From a virus: a DNA stretch of 64,000 nucleotides. Location of the stretch: the IMG/VR virus record IMGVR_UViG_3300048929_000185, positions 32,001-96,000 of that record. The stretch is one strand, 5' to 3'. The notes under the pieces were generated by a model, which worked only from the letters and a program-made list of their open reading frames with translations, was not told the origin of the DNA and made no database searches. Position 1 is the stretch's first letter. The number at the start of each line of letters is the position of its first letter. This document shows, one piece after another, positions 10,358 to 19,488 of the stretch. The position numbers and the translations under genes are program-made.

Positions 10358-10633
10358 TCAACTATATTCACTCAATTCTTTTAAAATCACATGTAACTCA
10401 TCATTGTCAACAAATTCAATATAATCGACACTGGAGTTTTCAAACACTCTTTTAATAAAAACCGTATCTACAGATTTTACATATATTGCTAAAGGTACAC
10501 TTACCACGTTTTTACCTTTAAATAAGCCCGTCAACTTGTGATTTGTTTCCCGATTAATTTCATACCAATAATCTTTATTTACTCCGTCGGTATCTCCTAT
10601 AGCTTCAATAAATTTAAAATCACTTTTATTCAT
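10358..10633 (-). CDS. Hypothetical phage protein
   Basis: ORF translationally coupled to the upstream gene. Confidence 0.65.
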   Translation of the reverse strand: MNKSDFKFIEAIGDTDGVNKDYWYEINRETNHKLTGLFKGKNVVSVPLAIYVKSVDTVFIKRVFENSSVDYIEFVDNDELHVILKELSEYS

Positions 10634-10838
10634 TCACAACCCCCTCTTCGAATTCTCTCATCTCATTCGCCAACTCCTCGATAATATCTTTAATCTCTCC
10701 CGCAATAACCGAAACCCCATTCGGTTCATGAATCCTAGCTGCTTCAATCTGTAAATTAATATCCACCAACTTAAGCCGCCGAAGATTATCATTAATCACT
10801 TCTATGATTTCTTTCCCCGTATATATTCTCCTTCCCAT
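10626..10838 (-). CDS. Hypothetical protein resembling an MCP signalling-hairpin fragment
   Basis: NLQIEAARI...GVSVIAGEIK recalls MCP NAAIEAARAGE.GRGFAVVA.EV. Confidence 0.55.
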   Translation of the reverse strand: MGRRIYTGKEIIEVINDNLRRLKLVDINLQIEAARIHEPNGVSVIAGEIKDIIEELANEMREFEEGVVNE

Positions 10839-10852
10839 TTAAAACCTATGAT

Positions 10853-11161
10853 TTATAGGCTCCAATCCAACTTTTGTCCGCAATATTTATGGCTACAATA
10901 GTATTCATCATCGTCACCATTAATATAATTACCACAACAGGGACACTCTCCACTCTTAAACTCCATTCTAATAGAACCATCATTAGTTTCTTTTAAATTT
11001 AAAGGCTTTTTAGCTATTTGTTTATCGAGTGCCCCAAATACAATTTCTTTAATTTCACTTGTTTCTTGCCCATTATCACAGATTATAATAATTCTGCAAT
11101 ATTCGTCCGTATTACAGAGATCTTCGTCTTGTAAAATGTATAATACTTCAGATTCTGTCAT
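10853..11161 (-). CDS. Hypothetical zinc-ribbon phage protein
   Basis: ALDKQIAKKP...CPCCG...YCGQKLDW. Confidence 0.75.
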   Translation of the reverse strand: MTESEVLYILQDEDLCNTDEYCRIIIICDNGQETSEIKEIVFGALDKQIAKKPLNLKETNDGSIRMEFKSGECPCCGNYINGDDDEYYCSHKYCGQKLDWSL

Positions 11162-11197
11162 TTATTGAATTCTCCTTCCTTTGAAATCCCTCTTTGA

Positions 11198-11422
11198 TCA
11201 GTTAAAATATACTTTGTAAATCTCTTTTGCAAGACTATTCAATAAACTTAGTGCATTATCCTTGTCAATATCGTCGGTAGCTTCTGATAAAATGTTAGCA
11301 TAATCTTCACATAATTCATCTATACAAATATTTTGATATACCGCAATGTCTTCGCATATTCTTTCGTTATTTGCTTCTAATTCTTTTAATTTATCTCTTG
11401 TCGTTTTACTACTATCTTTCAT
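11198..11422 (-). CDS. Hypothetical phage protein
   Basis: ORF with RBS. Confidence 0.6.
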   Translation of the reverse strand: MKDSSKTTRDKLKELEANNERICEDIAVYQNICIDELCEDYANILSEATDDIDKDNALSLLNSLAKEIYKVYFN

Positions 11423-11644
11423 ATCATTCTCCTTTTACGATTAAAAGTCTTCATTTATTGGAATCCAATGGGCATAATGGTAATCCAGCATTAAACCCAT
11501 ATGCGTCCATGTCATCAATTTGTTTATTTAATTTGATACAAACATTAGTCCAATCATCAATCGATAAATCCCATTGTCTGAGATATGGACAATTTTTATC
11601 ACAATCTACAGGAAATTTTTTCATTTTTTATTCTCCTCATTACA

Positions 11645-12019
11645 TTACCATTCACTTTTTTTATTTTTTAATACAATTTCAGCTTCCGATTTTTTCAAAA
11701 ATACAGTCTTTCCAATACTACTTTCAGCAAAAGATCCATTATATATATTTTCATTCTTATATTCACCAACTACAGAAAATTTAAATTTTTTACTATAATA
11801 TGTACGTTTAACTTTGCACTCAATTAACTCCCATGACGTACCGTATCCGGTAATTACATATACAGTATTGTTTACCTCTATTTTTGATTGTGCTACCGTT
11901 GGTTGCTTATTAATTTCTTCAATTACTTCGCTCGTTTCGAGTTGGCTGTAATACGACCCATCATCTCCCAAATACGAGCTAAACGATTTAATTAATTTAT
12001 CTGCATCAATTAACCTCAT
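11645..12019 (-). CDS. Hypothetical phage protein (MRLIDAD family)
   Basis: MRLIDADKL N-terminus; IGKTVFL..EAE C-terminus. Confidence 0.75.
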   Translation of the reverse strand: MRLIDADKLIKSFSSYLGDDGSYYSQLETSEVIEEINKQPTVAQSKIEVNNTVYVITGYGTSWELIECKVKRTYYSKKFKFSVVGEYKNENIYNGSFAESSIGKTVFLKKSEAEIVLKNKKSEW

Positions 12020-12069
12020 TTTATTCTCCTTATTTTCTCTGTTAAAAGAACCATTTCCTTTGCTTCTTA

Positions 12070-12300
12070 TTATTTTTTATGACCAGGACAAGGCATTCCG
12101 TTTTCATCTCTATATGGGACACCCAATAATTTACTCGCGCATTCTCCACAAATTTCAATATCCTTATAGGGAGTCCATGATTTTGAATTCCACCAGCCAC
12201 TATTGCCATGCGACTCCCAATAACCCTTTAAGCTTTACTTTATCTTAAAACTTCTGCTTGCATCTCTTGTATTACATATGTCACAAATTCGCCTCTCCAT
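12070..12300 (-). pseudogene. Small zinc-finger gene with internal TAA stop
   Basis: MERRICDICNTRDASRSFKIK*SLKGYW...ICGEC...; in-frame stop at 12235-12237; GGAGG RBS. Confidence 0.6.
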
Positions 12301-12329
12301 TCATACCTCCTATTTTTCAAAGAAAAGAG

Positions 12330-12545
12330 TCATTTTATGTCCTCTACCCTACATATTGCTTTCATATCAGGATCATTTACGTGATACACCATTCCATTAA
12401 AAGCAATCATAGAATAACCCACGCTCTTAGCAACTTCTCTCACCTTATCATAATGACCGAAGAACCTCTTTGGATCAAAAACATCTCTCCATGAGATACT
12501 TTTATCTTGTGGTGGATTAAATACCGAAACTATATCAATTCCCAT
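12330..12545 (-). CDS. Hypothetical phage protein
   Basis: ORF with GGAGG RBS. Confidence 0.65.
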   Translation of the reverse strand: MGIDIVSVFNPPQDKSISWRDVFDPKRFFGHYDKVREVAKSVGYSMIAFNGMVYHVNDPDMKAICRVEDIK

Positions 12546-12557
12546 TTATTTTCCTCC

Positions 12558-13361
12558 TTAATAAGCCATAATCTCTTCTAATTTATTATTGATTTCCTGT
12601 AACCCATCTTCCTTAACTCCAATGCTATTATGTATACTATCCGAAGAGTAAACTTTGAAAAACTTTTCTCCTGCCTGATTGACTTCCTGAATCTTTTTAT
12701 GTATGTATCCCATTGCTTTTGCCCACCTGGTAATCTGACCCTTTTTCAGATTCAACGCTTTAGTCACATCGGTAATTGAGTAGCAGCCTTTCTTATCAAT
12801 CCTCAGTTCCGCAAGAGCTGCCATAGGTTTCTGCTTCTCAATCGTTTCGATCAACGGCTGCGCAACCAAGCTTTCTAACTTATTAATGGCTAAAGCACGC
12901 TCGACTTCTGAATTTGCATTTACAATAGCAATAATCGCCAAATCTTTTTCTGAGATAGAAGATTTAACTGCACTTCTCATCTCAAAATATTCATCAATGA
13001 ATTTATCCATCGTATCCCAAGATTCATCATCATCCATATACTTAATCAGTTTGGAGTATCCTCTTTCGGATAGGATGAATGCATTTTTCTGACCATTGCT
13101 GGTAATTAATCCGAGGTCACCAGCAGTGACCTTGAGTTCTTCGCTCAAAAACAGGTCTATATAATCAACATTTTCCTTAATTCTGCCTTTCTCTATCAGT
13201 CTTTTAATTGACTGGTTGATTACTTTGGCTTCCAGTCCATGAGTACTGGTAATCATAGGAACCGTTGTAACCCTCTTATCGTTTCCGAATCCACCCTCAA
13301 TAACAGGAATCTCAATCCCCATAAACATTTGCTTTCCTACCACTTTTAATTCATTACCCAT
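12558..13361 (-). CDS. Antirepressor-like protein (ORF6N-type N-terminus plus KilA-C/ANT-like C-terminus)
   Basis: IPVIEGGFG, ILSERGYSKLIK, FIDEYFEMR, IEKQKP.. Confidence 0.8.
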   Translation of the reverse strand: MGNELKVVGKQMFMGIEIPVIEGGFGNDKRVTTVPMITSTHGLEAKVINQSIKRLIEKGRIKENVDYIDLFLSEELKVTAGDLGLITSNGQKNAFILSERGYSKLIKYMDDDESWDTMDKFIDEYFEMRSAVKSSISEKDLAIIAIVNANSEVERALAINKLESLVAQPLIETIEKQKPMAALAELRIDKKGCYSITDVTKALNLKKGQITRWAKAMGYIHKKIQEVNQAGEKFFKVYSSDSIHNSIGVKEDGLQEINNKLEEIMAY

Positions 13362-13383
13362 TCACTTTTCTCCTTTAATTTTA

Positions 13384-13659
13384 TTAATCATAAGCAATCA
13401 CAACTTTTCTATCTTCATAAAAATATTTATCAAGTTCTTCTTCGGTTATTGCATAACTGATAATTCCACAACACGGTATGCGCTTTTCGTCAAATTCTGT
13501 AATTACAAAACTCCATTTGTTGTCTATTGTTCTACACATAGACACAAACAGCCATTCTCGTTCTTCCCAACCACCAAAAATAGAACCAGATATATTTATA
13601 TCTTCTTTTTGTTTTAATACAGATTCATATTTCCTCATATTTTTTATCATATCCGTCAT
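13384..13659 (-). CDS. Hypothetical phage protein
   Basis: ORF with RBS. Confidence 0.6.
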   Translation of the reverse strand: MTDMIKNMRKYESVLKQKEDINISGSIFGGWEEREWLFVSMCRTIDNKWSFVITEFDEKRIPCCGIISYAITEEELDKYFYEDRKVVIAYD

Positions 13660-13685
13660 AACTTTTCTCCTTTAAAATCTATCAT

Positions 13686-13868
13686 TCATTCTCCAACCAC
13701 TCTATCAAGGACGGCTCCACAATATGGACAGTAGTTCCATCTCTCTATCTCGCTATCCTCTTTGCCGTTTTCAAATCTCCATCTCCCCAAATATTCACCA
13801 CATCTATCGCAATAAAGTAAACGCGTAACTGTCTTGTTTTCGCAATGGGTAAATCCAGTTTCGATCAT
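13686..13868 (-). CDS. Hypothetical zinc-ribbon protein
   Basis: CDRCG...NYCPYCG. Confidence 0.7.
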   Translation of the reverse strand: MIETGFTHCENKTVTRLLYCDRCGEYLGRWRFENGKEDSEIERWNYCPYCGAVLDRVVGE

Positions 13869-13909
13869 ATTTTCACCTCTCAATCCCAATTAAAATTCGT
13901 ATTCTATAT

Positions 13910-14095
13910 CTATTTTATTTTCTTCTTTAATACAACTGCTAATTCTTTAATCACTTCACCAACATCTTTAGTTCTTCCATTATTTTCATTAACAATAGAA
14001 ATGCCAATGCTATCTAACGTATTAAAAACAGAAACAACATCTGTGTTCATATTGCTTAATTTATCAAGCACTTTTTCCATTTCTTTATTTTTCAT
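13910..14095 (-). CDS. Hypothetical phage protein
   Basis: ORF with RBS. Confidence 0.6.
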   Translation of the reverse strand: MKNKEMEKVLDKLSNMNTDVVSVFNTLDSIGISIVNENNGRTKDVGEVIKELAVVLKKKIK

Positions 14096-14300
14096 TTAAA
14101 CGCTCTCCTCACCCATAAAATCAGCCTTCTAACGTCTTATTTTTCGCTACAACCCCATCATTGCTCTTAACTTTATACTCTATCCGTTCATGACACTTGG
14201 GACACTCTTCATATCTTCCATGCTGCTTTGCTTCGTAATGAATACCAGATTCCATCATACATTTACATCTATTGCACCACATATGTATTTCCTCCTTATT

Positions 14301-14357
14301 ATTACTATATATCTTTGCCTACATTTATAATATAACATTACTATATTTCTTTGTCAA
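14301..14357 (-). promoter_or_regulatory. sigmaA-type promoter with paired ATTACTATAT operators
   Basis: Minus TTGACA-17-TATATT; 24-nt identity ATTACTATATTTCTTTGTCAATAG with 5941-5964. Confidence 0.75.
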
Positions 14358-14514
14358 TAGAGATTATTGACTTTTTCTAATTATTTTTGTATAATAAAAA
14401 AGTGCAGATATCTTCTGCACTTCTATCACAATTCGTCCGTTCAGGACAAATCGTGGTATTTACATTTAGTGGGTAAGGCGAGCCTGCCAGCGATGACCCT
14501 TGCCCATTTTTAAT

Positions 14515-14820
14515 TTAAACCGTAAGCGTAATATGTACATCTTCATATATGTATGTAAGCCAAAGTCTCTTATTTTTATCTATCTTCAAATCAGTCAAAT
14601 TCACGTACCCTATCGTTATCTTATTATCTAGATTTAATTTATCGGAAATGCGAATCTCATACCCCACCGGTTCCACAACTGCTTCTTCAAATAATATTTT
14701 ACAACTCCCCCAGCACCTATCACAAAATGGCTGCGTTATCCCGACACAAACAGTTTTGCCATTTCGTTTCATTATTTTTTCTTCTGCTACTTTTTTTTCA
14801 ATGTCAAGTTCCCCGTTCAT
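14515..14820 (-). CDS. Hypothetical protein, probably SOS-regulated
   Basis: ORF with GGAGG RBS; LexA-type boxes upstream. Confidence 0.65.
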   Translation of the reverse strand: MNGELDIEKKVAEEKIMKRNGKTVCVGITQPFCDRCWGSCKILFEEAVVEPVGYEIRISDKLNLDNKITIGYVNLTDLKIDKNKRLWLTYIYEDVHITLTV

Positions 14821-14852
14821 TCACATTTCCTCCAATTATTATTGATAAAAAC

Positions 14853-14927
14853 AGAACGTATGTTTGCCTTAATGAGATAATACCACTTTAGTTTATATGT
14901 GTCAAGCCCTAAATGAAAATACGTTCG
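14853..14927 (-). promoter_or_regulatory. Promoter flanked by two Firmicute LexA (GAAC-N4-GTTY)-like boxes
   Basis: AGAACGTATGTTTG 14853-14866; TGAAAATACGTTCG 14914-14927; minus TTGACA-17-TATTAT 14905-14877. Confidence 0.65.
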
Positions 14928-14979
14928 ATACTATATTACTTTTTCTACTTTGTAAAAAAATAGACCGGATATTACCGGC

Positions 14980-15912
14980 CTATAATCTATCTAAAAAGTC
15001 TCTTACATATGCCCCATATCTATATCTGACCACAGATAGTTTAGCAACTTTAGGAGATAATCCATATTCTAGCGCCCATAACTCAATTTGCGGGGGTTCT
15101 TTTTTGAGTTCTCTTGAATTGCTTCTATTATCCTTGAAGAAAATATCCTCAAGAACTTCTTCGGAGTAATTACACTTCCTGTATAAATAGTTAATAAGTC
15201 CTGACATATACAACCTCGTTGTTGTAAATCCAGTTTTTACAAGTGTTCCGCTAATCATATGCATAAATAAAGTATAGTTATCTTCAGATCTTGGGTGATC
15301 TGGAACCTTAACAAAACTATCTTTATATGCATCATACAAGTTGTAATTAAGAGATACCTCTGTTTTATTTCTACCAGTAGACTTTATTGTTTCGTAAGTT
15401 TCGATATTATAATATAATGAAATTGATTCGCAAAGTTTTTTAGATATATTAATTGTGTAATTTTTAAAATGTATTTCCCTATTTGCAAGATCAACATCTT
15501 CCTTTTTTAAATCATATATATCATTCTTTTCTTTAGCACCCTCATACAGTAGCCCTAGAATACAATCCCAATAAATCTTATTAATTTTAACCGATCTATC
15601 TAGTTCTTCTGGAAATATATATATACCCTCATTAATATAATAAAACAAATTGTCTGAAGACAATTCAATAGAATCGCTAAACGGATTGTATCCGGTATAT
15701 CCTTCAGATTTACAAGCTTCATACATTAACGAATACGCTTTTACATATTCGTCTACGGATTGACGCTGCATTTTACCATTGTTTTTAAAAGCAGCTTTCC
15801 AATCGTCTACTCCCATCTTCAAAATATCTTTTCCATCAATAACTTTTAATATTATATTTTTTATTTTTATGTCATGTTTAATACATAATTCCATTAATTC
15901 TTTCGATTCCAT
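14980..15912 (-). CDS. MrpR/YopR-like master repressor (catalytically degenerate tyrosine-recombinase fold)
   Basis: LGLLYEG...IYDLKKEDVDL and RLYMSGLI motifs lacking the R/HxxR catalytic set; SPbeta-like context. Confidence 0.65.
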   Translation of the reverse strand: MESKELMELCIKHDIKIKNIILKVIDGKDILKMGVDDWKAAFKNNGKMQRQSVDEYVKAYSLMYEACKSEGYTGYNPFSDSIELSSDNLFYYINEGIYIFPEELDRSVKINKIYWDCILGLLYEGAKEKNDIYDLKKEDVDLANREIHFKNYTINISKKLCESISLYYNIETYETIKSTGRNKTEVSLNYNLYDAYKDSFVKVPDHPRSEDNYTLFMHMISGTLVKTGFTTTRLYMSGLINYLYRKCNYSEEVLEDIFFKDNRSNSRELKKEPPQIELWALEYGLSPKVAKLSVVRYRYGAYVRDFLDRL

Positions 15913-16019
15913 ACTGACCTCCACCTCTAAAAATAGAACATACTTTCGCTATTATAGCTACTCTAGCACAAAGTATAGCATGTGTCAATATGGTCATTCG
16001 TATACTTATGCTGTTATTA

Positions 16020-16325
16020 CTACATTTTCGGTAATAATATTACTTTATGTTCTAATCCTACTGGTTTTATATTAAATATATCTTCTTGTAAGGCTGTATA
16101 TAGAGCGTATATATCAAGAGAATCTTCCTCTCCAGCATCATCAATCATTGCAATTATTGTTTTACATGTATCTACAAGTTTTTTTGCGTCAACTTTGCTG
16201 CAACGCGTGGTTCCTTTATCTTCTTGTTTTTCAATATCAGATGTTGCGACCAAAATTCCACCGAATAGTCCCATGTCTATAACCTCATGAAGCTCAGCTG
16301 TTGTCATTGCTTTTATTTCTGCCAT
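16020..16325 (-). CDS. Hypothetical protein downstream of mazF
   Basis: ORF with GGAGG RBS. Confidence 0.7.
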   Translation of the reverse strand: MAEIKAMTTAELHEVIDMGLFGGILVATSDIEKQEDKGTTRCSKVDAKKLVDTCKTIIAMIDDAGEEDSLDIYALYTALQEDIFNIKPVGLEHKVILLPKM

Positions 16326-16346
16326 ATTATAATCCTCCTAGTTGTT

Positions 16347-16775
16347 TTATGCTACAGTATTAGCATCTTCGTTATATACGAGTGCATTTCCATCAAGATC
16401 TCCATATCCATATGTGGCAGAAACCAAAAACCGCTTAAAGACTTCCCTTTGGATCTCTCTATCCGTAATGCTGCCAACCTTATCTATTACCCTACTTTTA
16501 TCAATTGTCATAATCTGCTCCGCAAGCAGCATCGAATCTAATTTTAATCCATTATCCCTGTTCGCCTCAATCAATAAATGGGTAGGCAGATCTTCTTTTT
16601 TGTACTCACTCGTCATTTTTAAAACCATCAACGTAGGAGAATATTTATTCCCAACATTATTTTGTATTACTATAGCTGGACGCACCCCACCCTGTTCCGA
16701 TCCTATATTACCATCAAAGTTTGCATATAGTACATCATATTTCTTAAATTGTATTTCTCGTTTTTTATACTGCAC
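16347..16775 (-). CDS. mazF: PemK/MazF (EndoA-like) endoribonuclease
   Basis: GSEQGGVRPAIVIQNNVGNKYSPT, LPTH, DSMLLAEQIMTIDKSR. Confidence 0.92.
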   Translation of the reverse strand: MQYKKREIQFKKYDVLYANFDGNIGSEQGGVRPAIVIQNNVGNKYSPTLMVLKMTSEYKKEDLPTHLLIEANRDNGLKLDSMLLAEQIMTIDKSRVIDKVGSITDREIQREVFKRFLVSATYGYGDLDGNALVYNEDANTVA

Positions 16776-16815
16776 TTATCGCATCTCCTTTCTTTATGTA
16801 ATCATCTTATGCACT

Positions 16816-16894
16816 TATTATATAGGTATATACCTATATATACAATAGGAAATGTGTACAAAGTTTTAATATATTTTTTGTAGGTATATACCTA
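16816..16894 (-). promoter_or_regulatory. mazF promoter with perfect palindromic operators
   Basis: Minus TTGTAT-17-TATAAT enclosing TATATAGGTATATACCTATATA (16819-16840); second TAGGTATATACCTA at 16881-16894. Confidence 0.75.
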
Positions 16895-16924
16895 TATTGT
16901 ATAAAAAATAAAAAACGAGACGGT

Positions 16925-17101
16925 TTATTTTCCATCTCGCTCTAACTTTTCTTTAACAGATTCGTTAATATACCCATTAACAGATTTTCCAGTAGATTGG
17001 ATTCTCTCCTTAGTCCCCTTTGGAAATCTAACGAGTATGTTATCATTCACTTCATCGTGATATTTTTTAGAAGACTTTTGTGCTGCCTTGCTGACTGCCA
17101 T
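16925..17101 (-). CDS. Small ribbon-helix-helix/Arc-like DNA-binding protein
   Basis: MAVSKAAQKS...ILVRFPKGTKERIQSTGKSVNGYINESV. Confidence 0.7.
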   Translation of the reverse strand: MAVSKAAQKSSKKYHDEVNDNILVRFPKGTKERIQSTGKSVNGYINESVKEKLERDGK

Positions 17102-17187
17102 CGGATCACCCCTCTGATATGATGGTTTATATCTTACAGGATAATTCAAAATCTGTCAACTTTGGCTATTAAAATTCTAATTTTATG

Positions 17188-17565
17188 TCAACAATATTTA
17201 ATCATGTCTTCAGCCTTTTGTCTTGGAACGCCTAATTTCAACAATATCATGAACATATCTTCATCTTTGTGTTCTATACCATCATTATCTAATCCATATA
17301 ATCCCTCGCTCAAGGCCATGCGAATACAAGATGTTATTATATCGACTTCTTTGTTCTTTAATTTTATTGTAACCTCATCTTGAACCGGAACAATACGTTT
17401 CCAATATTTTGATTCACCTGGAATCTCTCCTATAACACCTGTACCATAATTAACATCATCTTGGGGAATGTCAAGGAAATATGTTTTTCCATTATAATTT
17501 ACCATATTATTAAGAACATATCGCACCATGTAGTCATATGTTCCATAATGTATGTACTTTCCCAT
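17188..17565 (-). CDS. Hypothetical phage protein
   Basis: ORF with RBS. Confidence 0.7.
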   Translation of the reverse strand: MGKYIHYGTYDYMVRYVLNNMVNYNGKTYFLDIPQDDVNYGTGVIGEIPGESKYWKRIVPVQDEVTIKLKNKEVDIITSCIRMALSEGLYGLDNDGIEHKDEDMFMILLKLGVPRQKAEDMIKYC

Positions 17566-17603
17566 ATATCTCTCCTCTCTGTCAAATGAAAATTTAGTTT
17601 TAT

Positions 17604-18113
17604 CTATTTTCTCTTGCTTTTCATATAATTATCTTGTTCGTGCATATCCCTATTTTTAAGTATTTCATCAAAACATATCATTTTAAAACTAAAATATTGA
17701 AGTTGGTCGTGCTGCATGTGTATCATTCTCGACATACTTATTAATATTACGGTTAATATTACGGCAACTAATTTACCAAAATTATATTTGCTCATATTAA
17801 AATATGTATATATCGGGTTTTCTCCAATTATAGTAAGCATTACAGTAATCATTAATCCCCAATAAGCAAATCTCACGGAAACAAAATTACTAAAGTCGTT
17901 TTGTTTTAAATGTTCAGCTCCAATTAAAGCATCAAGTCTGTTTTCTTCAAATTCATCATGTTTCATATTTTTGAGTTCTCTTATTACTGAGTTCTTTAAT
18001 TCCACATATGTTGAATTTATTTTAATTTTGTCTCCAAATTCCTTTTTGGCGAGGTTTTCAAGAATTTGATTTGCGGCTATTCCATTTGGACAAAACAACC
18101 ATGTAGCTAACAT
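17604..18113 (-). CDS. Hypothetical two-TM membrane protein
   Basis: Two hydrophobic segments; GGAGG RBS. Confidence 0.7.
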   Translation of the reverse strand: MLATWLFCPNGIAANQILENLAKKEFGDKIKINSTYVELKNSVIRELKNMKHDEFEENRLDALIGAEHLKQNDFSNFVSVRFAYWGLMITVMLTIIGENPIYTYFNMSKYNFGKLVAVILTVILISMSRMIHMQHDQLQYFSFKMICFDEILKNRDMHEQDNYMKSKRK

Positions 18114-18371
18114 ACTTCGCCCTCCTACTAAATATTTAATGTATTCCCATATGAATCTTAAAATTTATTGATATTTTATTAATATTTCAATCCACGTTCT
18201 TTACATAAATATCTTTCATATTGTAATCCTTCATATAAAGGATTATCGGTGTCTCCATTCGGATATAATCTTTTCCAATCTTTTTCGAGTTGTACTACAG
18301 ACTTTAAAAGTTCTTCATCTTTATAAAATGTTGCCTTCATATAACACTCCTTTCATAAATCTCAAATTTTA

Positions 18372-18716
18372 TTATGAATTATTTAATATTGATTCCAAAT
18401 CGTTAATAATTTGCCCACATAGCGAAAACTTCCCGTCTTTGTGCATATCCTGAGACATTTTATTATACTTATTCAGCAATCCAGTTATTTGTCTACGATA
18501 CCATTCTGGACATTTTCCTTTTGTTGTTTTTGCATATTGCTCATCACACAATATTTTTTTATAATCACCTTTGTTTATCATCTTCAATGTTTTTATCGTT
18601 TTATTCGCATCTATTTCACTAAAAACTTTTGCGGAAGATATGTTTCCGTTAAAAATAGATGAACTCCCAATCCAATTCGTAAAATATCTATTATTGGAAT
18701 CTTTAATTATGTACAC
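18372..18716 (-). CDS. Hypothetical phage protein
   Basis: ORF with GGAGG RBS, GTG start. Confidence 0.7.
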   Translation of the reverse strand: MYIIKDSNNRYFTNWIGSSSIFNGNISSAKVFSEIDANKTIKTLKMINKGDYKKILCDEQYAKTTKGKCPEWYRRQITGLLNKYNKMSQDMHKDGKFSLCGQIINDLESILNNS

Positions 18717-18765
18717 GACTTTACCTCCATCTTTCGTAAACGCCAGCTTGAATCTATTATTTTAT

Positions 18766-18981
18766 CTACTCATCAAAAATCATATAAACATCACTATCAT
18801 TGCTTTGATCGTCTCTAATGTTCCATATGATTATTTTCTTATCATTTTTATCTAAATAGTCCATATGCCGACAAATATATTCATTTACTTTTTCTTCAGC
18901 TTCTTTTAAATTATTTGCAATTACAATTCCACCAGTATATCCATCGCAACATCTAAACTCAAATATATTATCGATTGTCAT
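18766..18981 (-). CDS. Hypothetical phage protein
   Basis: ORF with GGAGG RBS. Confidence 0.65.
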   Translation of the reverse strand: MTIDNIFEFRCCDGYTGGIVIANNLKEAEEKVNEYICRHMDYLDKNDKKIIIWNIRDDQSNDSDVYMIFDE

Positions 18982-19009
18982 TTAATCCTCCGATCATTAA
19001 ATAATCATT

Positions 19010-19225
19010 TTAATTCTGATCTAATAGTCGCTCAATTAATTCTTGATAAGCAAGTACAAGACTCAACTCTAATGAATATGTGCCACTTATTTTCCCACTT
19101 AATTGATACAATTTTTTCATAGTTTCATTTTCAAGATTTCCTTTTGAATAATAAATTTCCATTAACTCTTCTGTAGACATATCTCTTATCGTTTTAATAA
19201 AATCAATTTCATTGTTCATTAACAT
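19010..19225 (-). CDS. Hypothetical phage protein
   Basis: Start reset to ATG after GGAGG. Confidence 0.6.
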   Translation of the reverse strand: MLMNNEIDFIKTIRDMSTEELMEIYYSKGNLENETMKKLYQLSGKISGTYSLELSLVLAYQELIERLLDQN

Positions 19226-19259
19226 ATTAGCGCCTCCATTCTTCAATAAAACAATTCTT

Positions 19260-19477
19260 TCAATTACATTTTTCAATATCAAATATAGGCAATTCGCTAC
19301 TTAACTCAGGCTTCCATGTCGTGTTTAGATCTTCTTTCTTCAATATCTGCTTAACCGCCTTTACGTCCATGCGGAACACTGTAGCAACCCGCTTAACGTC
19401 TCCAAATCGTCTGTACTCCATTATAATGTCATCATCAGTTAATCATAGTATACCGGCTCATTCATGTATTCTTTCAT
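19260..19477 (-). pseudogene. Small HTH-like gene with a one-base frameshift near 19441
   Basis: MKEYMNEPVYYD joins LTDDDIIMEYRRFGDVKRVATVFRMDVKAVKQIL if one T is restored. Confidence 0.5.
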
Positions 19478-19488
19478 CTTGTATGCTC

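Noticed and set aside
12235-12237. Stop-codon reassignment
   Set aside because: Single internal TAA; all three stops end genes normally and long ORFs are open under code 11
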